Below are positions 42,800-52,347 of a stretch of DNA of 64,000 bases, piece by piece. The notes under the pieces are model-generated. The model was not told the DNA's origin. It made no database searches and was given only the letters and a program-made list of their open reading frames with translations. The stretch lies in assembly GCA_964016885.1 (NCBI GenBank), contig OZ024744.1, positions 78,802,001 through 78,866,000 on the forward strand, in the 5' to 3' direction. Every line of letters starts with the position of its first letter. Position 1 is the first letter of the stretch. The position numbers and the translations under genes were made by a program. The DNA comes from Eledone cirrhosa. Its lineage: Eukaryota.

Positions 42800-43320
42800 A
42801 AACAGCATCTAACCAAATGTTTTCCTTTGTCATTGAGCTTTAACGTTGCCTAAAGTATCAGCTTTCAACATATCTGCCCATGTCTTCCATGGTCTTCCTC
42901 TGTTGTGATTTCCTTCCATTTGAATCTCCTGATATATCTTTACTTAACAGTTATCATCCATATCTTTGAGTCTGTGGAATCTTATCTCTTGCACAGAATA
43001 TCTATTTCCTCTTTTAATTCATCTATACTTTATTCTTGATGTACACTAATGTTATACATTCATTCAGTAGAGGTTGCTTGCTTCATTTATTTCCAGCCTT
43101 CACATATCCTCTATATTCAATCTCTGTTTCACTACCATGCAACATTGTACTACATATACGAGCCTAAACAAATTTACACTTCATTTGAAAAGAAATTCCT
43201 TTGTTGCTAGTTAAAGTAATAACTCCCTGTTCTTATTTCAGCTACTATCTTCTGCCACTGTTAATTATATCACCTGGGTAACAGAAGCTATCAAATACAA
43301 CTAACCTGTAAGGAAGTCTG
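42800..43320 (-). pseudogene. Heavily decayed RTE-clade LINE RT fragment
   Basis: Minus strand reads DSFCYPGD (cf. RTE 'F.YLG') near 43270-43293 and EGNHNRGRPWKTWAD (cf. RTE C-terminal 'G.R.RGRP..TW') near 42870-42918. Multiple disruptions. Confidence 0.45.
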
Positions 43321-43965
43321 CAGTGTATAGTTGTTTTAACATCCACTTTCCCTGCTATTAACAGTTGGATGGGTCTACATAGACCAAGTCAGAACTGAAA
43401 TGAAGCCACTGATCTCCCAGGCAGGTCAGGGATTTGTGTCTCTCTGTATGTATGATCAATACTCCACTGAGTGCATGGGTGAGGTTCAACCACTTTTCAG
43501 TGTGTACTGGATGCATTTATCATATAGATCACCAACACTAAGGAGGCTGTCATGCCCTTCACACAGCTGAACAGTCTTCACAACCCTTTATCTGGCATGC
43601 TTTCTATGGCTGGATGCCCTTCCTATTACCAACCACTTTACAGCTTGCACTGGGAGCATATATCGTGTAGATCACCAAATACTAGGAAGGCTGTCATGTC
43701 CTTCAAACGGGTGGTGTTCTGATAAAGTGTGATTGAGATGTGACCGGGGTTGTATATTGAATCATATGGACCGAGATCTTTGGCGCTATGCAGTAATACA
43801 GAAAACTCGCCTTGCCTATGTACAAAGTGAAACCTACAGTCCGTAGGCACCGCCTAACCAAAAATACACCCCCATCCCACTACCCCTACCCCCACCCCAT
43901 CTACACCACCCCTTTCTCTGTAAAGTTATGTTGGCGCCACAACATCCAGTCCTAAATAAATGAGG

Positions 43966-44220
43966 GCGTGTAGGTGTCACAACAAAAAAAAACACACAGT
44001 CCACGCTGTAATGTGACCGTGTAGGTAACACGGTAAAAACCTCCCAGTCCACACTGTAAATGTGGTTGGTGTTAGGAAGAGCATCCAGCCGTAGAAAACC
44101 CGCCAGACAGTCCTATACAAGCAAGACGACCACTCTTGCCTCACATGGGACAACTCCCATCTAAACCCATGTTAGTGTGGAAGATAGACGTTAAACGATA
44201 ATGATGATGATGATGATGAT
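43966..44220 (+). mobile_element. Short retroposon with internal 48-bp units and (GAT)n tail (RTE-type 3' end)
   Basis: Two CAGTCCACACTGTAA units, then GGTGTTAGGAAGAGCATCCAGCCGTAGAAA...GACGTTAAACGAT(GAT)n. Homologous to 44541, 44880, 51118 and 57058. Confidence 0.65.
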
Positions 44221-44540
44221 ACAAAATATTTATATAAATAAACATCCTTTTAGCCTAGCTATGAATTTTAATGATCATGCCACTGTTATTCTTAGCAACC
44301 GAGGGAGAGCACCCTGGCCATACTGTTTCTGGTTCATTGACTTTCAACAGAGAGGCTTACTCCTCTTAGCTGCTAAAACGAAATAAGCTAAAAGCTTATA
44401 AGTTTTATGCTTATGAACAATGGCTGATGAAGCTCATTTGCATACAGAGCAAAAGCTGGTGGGCTCCAATTAATGAGAGATAGTGATGCTCTGACATGTG
44501 TAGAGCCATTATATTATATATTGATCTCTTTTGATATATA

Positions 44541-44709
44541 TCATCATCATCACCGTTTAATGTCCATTTTTCCACGTTAGCATGGGTTAGACATGTTGTC
44601 CTGTTGCGAGATAGACTGGGTTATGTGACCATGTCTTGCTCATACAGAACTGATTTTCGCTTGGTTTCTACATCTGGATGCCCTTCCTAATGTCAACCAC
44701 ATTTACAGT
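44541..44709 (-). mobile_element. Partial copy of the (GAT)n-tailed retroposon
   Basis: (CAT)n CACCGTTTAATGTCCATTTTTCC...CTGGATGCCCTTCCTAATGTCAACCAC; close match to 51118-51275. Confidence 0.65.
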
Positions 44710-44851
44710 GGAGGCACATGGCTTAGTGGTTAGAGCATTGGCCTTGCAATCGAAAGGTTGTGAGTTCAATTCTCAGACCGGGTGATGTGTTGTTTCCTTG
44801 AGCAAGACACTTTATTTCACATTGCTCCAGTTTACTCAGCTGTAGAAATGA
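44710..44851 (+). mobile_element. tRNA-derived CORE-type SINE, 5' part
   Basis: A-box TGGCTTAGTGG, B-box GAGTTCAATTC, CORE-like CCTTGAGCAAGACACTT; homologous to 59631-59957. Confidence 0.75.
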
Positions 44852-44879
44852 GATGATAGGGACTGGAGTCCCTATCATT

Positions 44880-45031
44880 CCACTGCAAAGTGGTCACGGA
44901 GGTGCCACGGCAAAAAATGAGGTTGGTGTTAGGAAGGGCATCCAACTGTAGAAATCAAGCCAGAATCAGTTCCCGTCCCACCCTTGCAAGCAGGGAAAAA
45001 GCGGACGTAAAATGAAATGATGAAATGATGA
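44880..45031 (+). mobile_element. 3' fragment of (GAT)n-tailed retroposon subfamily
   Basis: GGTGTTAGGAAGGGCATCCA...CCTTGCAAGCAGGGAAAAAGCGGACGTAAAATGA tail; a short inverted copy lies at 45776-45832. Confidence 0.55.
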
Positions 45032-45039
45032 ATAAAATG

Positions 45040-45208
45040 ATAGAGGGTTGGACGCCATGCTTTCTAGCACAGTTACGTCCCTTTACAGTCTGAGTTCAAA
45101 TCCCGCCGAGGTTAACTTTGCCTTTCATCCTTACGGGGTCGATAAAATAAAGTACCAGTAATGTACTGGGTAATTGCTGGCCTTGTGCCTAAAGTAGAAA
45201 CAATTATT
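45040..45208 (+). mobile_element. SINE with GCCTTTCATCCTT..GGGGTCGATAAAATAAAGTACCAG domain (possibly Meta-domain type)
   Basis: B-box GAGTTCAAATCCC followed by the conserved domain; further copies at 60719-60793(-), 61755-61853(-) and 63836-64000(+). Domain name is tentative. Confidence 0.7.
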
Positions 45209-45217
45209 ATGATACGA

Positions 45218-45420
45218 ACAGATTAAAGTTTAAGCAAAGAATCGCTGCTTTCACCCTTAATGGGATCTTCTGAAACTAAAAAAAATCAATCTGTGGATGC
45301 AGAAGTAAATATTTAAAAAAACATTACGACTGAAGGAAAACAGGAAGACGATACTTTGGTTTGTGAAGACGTTCCCTGGCAATAAACGGAAAAAAGTGAG
45401 GATAATTACGTCATTATGTG
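45218..45420 (-). repeat. Inverted ~200-bp copy of Helitron-internal sequence 46533-46733
   Basis: AACAGATTAAAGTTTAAGCAAAGAATC...GAAGACGTTCCCTGGCAAT is the reverse complement of 46533-46733 with scattered mismatches. Confidence 0.8.
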
Positions 45421-45574
45421 GAGCGATAAAAACGATTTCTTGCAAAGACAAAAACAATCTGTTCTAATAATAAATATTTGCTCTACAGTTTTATATATAT
45501 GCTTATATATATATACAATCCTTATCGAGCCCTCTCCGGATTTTTGTCTTCACATTTATTATTACTATATATAT

Positions 45575-45690
45575 ATATAGAAATGGCTTCTACAGGACTA
45601 GAACTGTTTCATTCAAAAAAACCCATCAGGCTTTCCTGATGATTTCTTTTGAATGAAACAGTTCTAGTCCTATAGAAGCCATTTCTATAT
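45575..45690. repeat. Fold-back (~55-bp arms) of a putative Penelope-like pseudo-LTR
   Basis: ATATAGAAATGGCTTCTACAGGACTAGAACTGTTTCATTC...CATCAGG / CCTGATG...GAATGAAACAGTTCTAGTCCTATAGAAGCCATTTCTATAT; abuts (TA)n. Confidence 0.85.
45629..45680 (+). ncRNA. Type I hammerhead ribozyme motif (partly degenerate)
   Basis: Stem I GGCT(T)TC/GAAGCC; core CTGATGA; stem II TTC-TTTT-GAA; GAAA; stem III CAG/CT(A; G in the other arm); cleavage dinucleotide TA. Confidence 0.55.
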
Positions 45691-46258
45691 TAAACTTGAT
45701 ATTTACACTCTACTAATGTATTGAGTACTTTACTAACTGTGATTACTCCATGGGACAACACACACACACACACGCCATCATCATCATCATTTTACGTCCG
45801 CTTTTCCCTGCTTGCAAGGGTGGGACGGAAACTGATAAATATTCTTGTGTTATAAAGTATTTCCTAATTGGTAGCAGGGACTGTGATTTAGAAAACCATG
45901 GTGTAATATGGAAAAAATACTTGATGTCATGAGTATTCTATCAATTTTGATATGGTATTGTATGTCAGAATTAAATACATCAATAATACAACATTAAGGT
46001 TAGATTTCATAACTTTAATCACACAATAGTGATGGTATATATTTCTATGGTGAGATAGTTATACCATGATACCTTGATGCAATGCATGTCATGTTGTCTT
46101 CAGATGGCACAGACAATAGATATGTCATGCAAATGCAAAGCACTACACTGCGGAGACCCGACACTTTCTAATATAGTCGCACTCCACTATTTCAAGTATT
46201 GAGTACTCTGTTGAATAATAGTCTAACTAGTTTAATACTGGTTTAATCTTGATATATA

Positions 46259-47449
46259 TCTATACATATACATAAAACTGTAGTTGTCCGTGTGTGTGTG
46301 TGTGTGTGTGTCTATGTCCTCATTTTTGCAAAGTCTATACAAATCCACATTTCTACTCCGATTGACTTCAAACTTGCATTTATATATTCCTTACGTCTAA
46401 AGATATTAACTGCAGCTTTGATTTTTCAATTTTCTCTTGTTAAAGGGGTGTTAGGTGCTGGTTATCAATCTCCGTCACGCCCTTATAATATGTCTGTACG
46501 CCTGGCTGTCTGCATTTCGACATTATGACAAACATTGATGACGTATTATGTTCGCTATTTTCCGTTCATTGCCAGGGAACGTCTTCACGAACCAAAGTAT
46601 CGTCTTCCTGTTTTCCTTCGGTTGCAACGTTTTTCGAAATATTTACTTCTGCGTCCACAGATTAATTTTTTTAGTTTCAGAAGATCCCGTTAAGGGTGAA
46701 AGCAGTGATTCTTTGCTTAAACTTTAATCTGTTATTTTAATATATAATATAAGCCGGGCAAGCCAGCCCAGTTACCACTTCTTGACAATAAACATTAACC
46801 CTTTGTGCGCCATTCATCTAACTGTAGACCAACAAATACCAACTAAACGGAGCATTGACAAGAACGATGGCGAATGAATCTTTGAGGTAAGCAGTTTCCT
46901 CCCGAGCTGTTAGTTCACGCGGGATTCTCTGCTACACCTTTTCGTAATAATACCAAACAACGTACTGCTGGTCACTCCTTCCTCCAAAAACCGTACAAAG
47001 TGGACATGTGCATCAGGCAGATGGATCGGGTGCAAATCTACACCAGGCCTACGCGAGAAATTTGCAAGGGACTGCACCGAGAGGGATAGAGAGAAAGAGT
47101 AACTTAGTGGAAAGAGTGAGAATGAACTTTTGAGGTAAGTTGTCTACGCCTTACTGCTATGACACTGGAACCTTCTGCCAACTTAACCTGTGACTTTCTC
47201 TTTCACATTTACTCCAAAAGGCCAAAACAGAGGAGTATGAAAAGAAGGGGCTCAACAATATTTCTATGAACAATGCACGTAGACAGGTAAACTGTACTTT
47301 CAACTTCTTAATTTTCTCTAAATAAAACAAGTTTCCTGTCGGTATATTTTCGTGAGTTTTTAACAGGCACTCACAAATAAGCGTTTCTCATTGGAGGTGC
47401 TTATTATTACCAATGTTCTTACCCGTGCAACGCCGGGATACACTGCTAG
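46259..47449 (+). mobile_element. Non-autonomous Helitron (~1.19 kb)
   Basis: 5' A|TCTATACATATACATAAAA followed by (GT)n. 3' hairpin CCCGTGCAACGCCGGG (47422-47437), then CTAG|T. A/T insertion site, no TSD. Confidence 0.8.
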
Positions 47450-47471
47450 TATATATATATATAGATAGATA

Positions 47472-48052
47472 GATTTCGTATTTCTAAATAAACACAGTAT
47501 CTTTACAGGAAACATTTAGGAAGCCGTAGCTATGTAAACAACGGGGCTAACGCCCTCTGGTGGTGTCCACCAGAAGCAAGGGGGACAACCGTCTATGCAT
47601 TACAGGCTTGACTGGCCTTTATCAATTTTCTCGTCTGTGTAAATGAAGTGATTAATCTCATTTGCATATGAAGCTGCATAAGTTGGCTCAACTTATAATA
47701 GAATAGAAATAGTATTTAGCATCAGGCATAGCTTTATACAGATATGTATAGAGATTTCGTATGTCTAAAGAAATACGGTATGTTTACAGGAAACATTTAG
47801 GAAGCTGTATATATTTGGGACTGTTCTCAAGTCCAGCAGTTGCAAGCGGTGGGAGGGACCGTCTTGATGAAGACCAGTCAAGCCGTTGTCCCCCTTGCTT
47901 CTGCTGGACACCACCAGAGGGCGTTAGCCCCTGGTGTTTGCATAGCTATGGCTTCCTAAATGTTTCCTCTAAACATACCGTGTTTCTTTAAAAATACAGA
48001 ATCTCTTTACATATCTGTATAAAGCTATGCTTGTAGCGAAATCCTATTTCTA
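47472..48052. mobile_element. Direct plus inverted copies of a putative Penelope-like pseudo-LTR with decayed hammerhead motif
   Basis: 47472-47625 and 47704-47808 are the reverse complement of 47858-48052. Hammerhead remnants at 47588-47625(-) and 47858-47884(+). Flanked by (TA)n. Confidence 0.65.
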
Positions 48053-48070
48053 ATATTTATTAATTAATTA

Positions 48071-48144
<74 letters not shown>

Positions 48145-48286
48145 TTATATATATATACGTATATATATATATATATATATACATATATATATTAAAGGAT
48201 CGATTTACTTTCGTCAAATCGGACTGAGGAAACAATGTTTCCGTTGGTCTTTCCAGTTGCTAGTACTATCTATCGGTCGCAACTCC

Positions 48287-48346
<60 letters not shown>

Positions 48347-48387
48347 ACGATATTAACAAATGGAAACTATATTTATAAAACCATATT

Positions 48388-48451
48388 TATTTCATTACAC
48401 ATATTTCAAGGCACCAAGTTAAATTATGGTGTGCTTTCATCAGATAAAATA
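48388..48451 (-). ncRNA. Minimal type I hammerhead ribozyme (mirror copy)
   Basis: Minus strand: TATTTTAT CTGATGA AAGCACACCA...TGGTGCCTT GAAA TATGTG TA ATGAAATA (GUA triplet). Confidence 0.7.
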
Positions 48452-48575
48452 TAATATAGAGCAGTTTTATAAATAAATATTGACATACCCTTAAAGAATG
48501 CGACCATTACTGTTGGAAGCTCCTGGATAGGGATAAGGGTATGTCAATATTTATTTATAAAACTGCTCTATATTA

Positions 48576-48640
48576 TATTTTATCTGATGAAAGAACACCA
48601 TAATTTAACTTGGTGTCCTTGAAATATGTATAATGAAATA
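48576..48640 (+). ncRNA. Minimal type I hammerhead ribozyme
   Basis: Stem I TATTTTAT/ATGAAATA (8 bp, one G-U); CTGATGA; stem II AAGAACACCA/TGGTGTCCTT; GAAA; near-palindromic TATGTA; TA cleavage site at 48631-48632. Confidence 0.75.
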
Positions 48641-48794
48641 AATATGGTTTTATAAATATAGTTTCCATTTATTAATATCGTATTTTTATTCCAATTATTT
48701 GTTGAGTGCTTTATATCAGTTATAAAAATAGTTGCTTGTTGTATCCCAACAATTTAAATAGAACTTTTACATATATATATATATACATATATAT

Positions 48795-48860
<66 letters not shown>

Positions 48861-49013
48861 CTGCCATGTCCTGTGTCTCCAACAGACAGAGACCGCTGGA
48901 GAGAACTCGTCCATGGATCTCGGGAATTTTACCCGCTTTAGATAGATAGATATATATATACATATATATATACACATATATATATATATACATATATATA
49001 TACACATATATAT

Positions 49014-49054
<41 letters not shown>

Positions 49055-49141
49055 TAGATATATATACATATATATACACATATATATACATATATATACA
49101 TATACATATATACATATATATATATACACATATATATATAC

Positions 49142-49423
49142 AACCATCGCCATTCATTCAAGAAGGAGGCCAAAAGGAAAAGCACAGCTCTCTCCGATCT
49201 GATCTGGAAGCTTAAGCTGGACAGGACCCCATACTCTCTGGCCTGGTACATAATCAGGAAAGTACCACCCGATAAAGGGGGATCTTGCATATGCAAACTA
49301 TGCCTGAACGAGACCCTCGAGATACTAAGAGGTGGAAGCGGCCTGATAAACCTCAGAACCGACTTCTTCGGGACATGCAGACACCTTAGAGCCGGGACCT
49401 TTCTCAAGATATATGGACAGTAG
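49142..49423 (+). pseudogene. Penelope-like element GIY-YIG endonuclease C-terminal fragment (possibly Naiad-type), 5'-truncated
   Basis: Own translation: [93 protein letters not shown]. Matches the PLE pattern NH..SF...T.LS..IW.LK...W.I...CxLCLxE...LNxR....CRH. No start codon, so absent from the ORF track. Confidence 0.8.
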
Positions 49424-49967
49424 CAACACAGGAAGATGTGAACTCCCCTCAAGCTATAGGGACTTCTACAGAACATGAAAACACCTCTCGGCCAGACCTC
49501 CCTCAAGCTATATGGGCAGTAACAACACCCTAGGTTGTGAACTCCCCTCAAGCCATAGGGAACAACCCAGGCGGAGCAGACACCATGATAGCCTACAGAT
49601 AGAATCGACACAGCCATAATAATTTGGCCAACATCTATAACACAAACACTTTTAATTTACCAGATTTCTGATTTTCAAGTTCCAATCTTAAATCTTGATT
49701 TCTCTTTATTAATTTGTTATTTGTTTTCTGCCCTCTTCACTGTATCACCTTATATTTATTTTTAAGTTGAGATTGATTATTACACAAACACATTTAGTTT
49801 GATTATCTCATCTAAACATCTTGTCTCATACCAATCTATCCAACATATTCTGACCTTGAGATTGGTTATAGCACACACACACACTTTATCCTACATTATT
49901 TCTCACTTCTCCATATTCATTTTCATTACATTTTCACCAATTTTTCATTTATTCTTTATTCTTTATT

Positions 49968-50545
49968 ACCGATCTGTGGGGCTATGTAGAACGACTATTG
50001 TCGTGAGTGGGACCAATCCGGTTGACCACCGAGTCCATTGTCATTATCAAACCGCCACCCTCCTTCAAAAACGAGGGAGAGGCGGTTTTCCTCTGTGTGA
50101 TAGCTATGGCGAAAGAGGTTGTATGGTGGACAAGGTTAAAAAGGCTGAGGTCAGACACCTTTCTCTCCGGCGAGCAACTGATTCATTTTTTCAAATATCA
50201 TTTTGGAAGAAGAATCAGTGGGGAGAGAGAGGTGCTGTACCCCAGCAAGTTTTATGAAAGGTGGGTGAAAGTGGCGAGAATGGCCCGAGTGAATGGGCCT
50301 TCTCTCTCTATCAGCCTGTAGGTTGAGGAAAAATAGGAAGAGAGGAAAGAGGTACTCACTCTTCGTACTCCTGGAGATGAGGGTTGCACATTTTTTCAGG
50401 GTTATGTGTTACTCATATGTAATGTCTCCCCCTTTTGGGGAAAAGCAATTAATTTTTAAATTGCATTTTACACGTTTTTATTGTATGTAAACTTCCCCCT
50501 TTGTATTTGTCCCCTTCTTTTGTGCCCTTGTGGCTAATAAAGAAA
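49968..50545 (+). mobile_element. 3' fragment of a Tx1/L1-group LINE (ORF2 C-terminus plus 3' UTR)
   Basis: DLWGYVERLLS*VGPIRL...IAMAKEVVWWTR...FYERWVKVARM resembles Tx1 ORF2 ends. In-frame stop present. AATAAA at ~50536 followed by (TA)n. Confidence 0.55.
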
Positions 50546-50769
50546 CATATCTATCTATATATATATATATATATAGTTCAAGAATAGATGAGACAAACAG
50601 AGAAATGCAAAAACACATTAGTTTCATACTTAGGAAGAAGTTATATATGTATATATACATTTATAAATGTATGAGTTTGTATGTGTCCGTGTCAATGTCC
50701 ATACAGTGTCTGAGTTTGTTTATGTCAGGTAACTTAGCAGTTCCACAAATCTATATAAATTGATTTGTG

Positions 50770-51102
50770 GACACAGCATGGGTGAACACTTAAAAAGTTT
50801 GCTTCACAATCATTGGGTTTTTGGTTTGTTCCCACAGTGTGGTATGTTGGGTAAGTGTCATTTACAATAGTCAACCCATCCCTTGTGAGTGGACCTGTTT
50901 GATAGCCTGCCACATGGAGTGTACCTGTAATTCAAATGGCCAACCTTGTCACTCACTGTGTTATATTGAATCTCTCTGAGAATTACATTAAGGGTACACA
51001 TGTCTATGGAATACTCAGCCATTTGCATGTTAATTTCATGAGCAGGTTGCTTCGCTGATCAAACAAATGAAACACTTATTGTTAAAACTGACAGAAGTCC
51101 AT
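50770..51102 (+). mobile_element. Old degenerate SINE-like element
   Basis: Decayed tRNA-like head and CORE-like TTGGGTAAGTGTC, followed by a ~250-nt body; boundaries uncertain. Confidence 0.35.
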
Positions 51103-51117
51103 TCCATAAATCGGCTT

Positions 51118-51715
51118 CATCATCATCACCGTTTCACGTCCATTTTCCCATGCTAGCATGGGTTAGACGAGTTGTCCTGTTGTGGGCAATGCCAGGTCAG
51201 GTGACTGTCTTGCTCACACAGAACTGATTTTGGCTTGATTTCTACAGCTGGATGCCCTACCTAACACCAACCACTTTACAGTGTGGACTGGGTGCTATTT
51301 GTCGTGACACCTACACGATCACTTTACAGTATGTGCTGGGTGCTATTTGTCGTGACACCTACATAACCACTTTACAGTGTGGACTGGGTGCTTTTTGTCG
51401 TGACACCTACATAACCACTTTACAGTGTGGACTGGGTTCTTTTTGTCGTGACACCTACATAACCACTTTACAGTGTGGACTGGGTGCTTTTTGTCATGAC
51501 ACCTACATAACCACTTTACAGTGTGGGCTGGGTGTTTTTTGTCGTGACACCTACATGACCACTTTACAGTGTGGACTGGGTGCTATTTGTCGTGACACCT
51601 ACATGACCACTTTACAGTGTGGACTGGGTGCTATTTGTTGTGACACCTACATGACCACTTTACAGTGTGGACTGGGTGCTATTTGTCGTGACACCTACAC
51701 GATCACTTTACAGTG
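51118..51715 (-). mobile_element. (GAT)n-tailed retroposon with expanded internal minisatellite
   Basis: (CAT)n tail and CTGGATGCCCTACCTAACACC block shared with 44541 and 57058, then the 48-bp array. Confidence 0.7.
51270..51715. repeat. 48-bp minisatellite, ~9.3 copies
   Basis: Unit ACCACTTTACAGTGTGGACTGGGTGCT(A/T)TTTGTCGTGACACCTACAT(A/G). Confidence 0.95.
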
Positions 51716-51834
51716 GGCGGGTGGGGATAAGAACTAAATAAGTACAAGGGTCCATATGGGTAACTAAATCTTTGAAGGCAGTGCCCCAGTCCTATGACTG
51801 AGACCAGTAAAAGAATAGCATAACACTTCATGCC

Positions 51835-52347
51835 TTGCTAAAGAATCTCCCTGTACCTCTTGCTGGAAAGACTGAAAAGACTGCGGAATCTGCTACCCAT
51901 GAAGTGATTGCCATTGGGGTACCAGAGGACAAGGCTGATCTTCAGGCATTTGCTGCCAGCTCAGCCAAAGACCTAGGCTGTGTTCCCCCAAAGGGTGCCC
52001 TCCGCCTTGGTCGACCTGGTCCAAAACCCAGACTCATCAGGCTGTCTTTCTCGGACCCCGCAGAGGCAACCTCATATCATCTGGCCTCTGCTAAAGCTGG
52101 GCGTGAAAATCGGATTACCTTCCGAACACGCCCAGGCCTACCACCCCATGTACGTCCAAAACTACGTGCTGCAGCTTCCTTGAATCGGAACTCAGCACAA
52201 GATGAAAGTTTCAGTCTGCGTGATGATGGGCAGATCTGGAGGTTTGTCAAGGCTGGTGAAACGTGGAAGAGAGATACCAGCTGGTCTGAGTGTGATCTAC
52301 CCGCAATAACTGGCAATGTAAAAACTGCTACAACTCTGGGAAACTAA
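51835..52347 (+). CDS. LINE ORF1 C-terminal part (5'-truncated)
   Basis: IAIGVPED...LRLGRPGPKPRLIRLSF pattern typical of CR1/L2-group ORF1; ends GN*. Confidence 0.7.
   Translation: MLKNLPVPLAGKTEKTAESATHEVIAIGVPEDKADLQAFAASSAKDLGCVPPKGALRLGRPGPKPRLIRLSFSDPAEATSYHLASAKAGRENRITFRTRPGLPPHVRPKLRAAASLNRNSAQDESFSLRDDGQIWRFVKAGETWKRDTSWSECDLPAITGNVKTATTLGN

Larger units (their letters stand above)
48345..48683. repeat. Long inverted repeat (~149-bp arms, ~40-nt spacer), putative inverted Penelope-like pseudo-LTR pair
   Basis: Arms 48345-48493 and 48534-48683 are reverse complements with only a few differences. Confidence 0.92.
48075..49140. repeat. (TA)n/(TACA)n microsatellite tracts (48075-48191, 48290-48342, 48771-48858, 48950-49140) separating inserted fragments
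   Basis: Directly visible; they explain the YI-repeat ORFs. Confidence 0.95.

Noticed and set aside
43868-43912. G-quadruplex-forming tract on the minus strand
   Set aside because: Low-complexity C-runs with no contextual support for function.
44710-44782. tRNA gene
   Set aside because: A/B boxes run directly into a SINE body repeated elsewhere; no clean acceptor stem.
48198-48290. Hammerhead at CTGAGGA...
   Set aside because: A small hairpin is present, but no GAAA, stem III or stem I could be assembled.
48257-49617. YI/IY-rich ORFs
   Set aside because: Read-through of (TA)n; the real coding signal is the + frame 49142-49423.
51252-51737. Cys-repeat protein (TTLQCGLGAFCRDTY)n
   Set aside because: Translation of a 48-bp minisatellite inside a retroposon; other copies are not frame-conserved.
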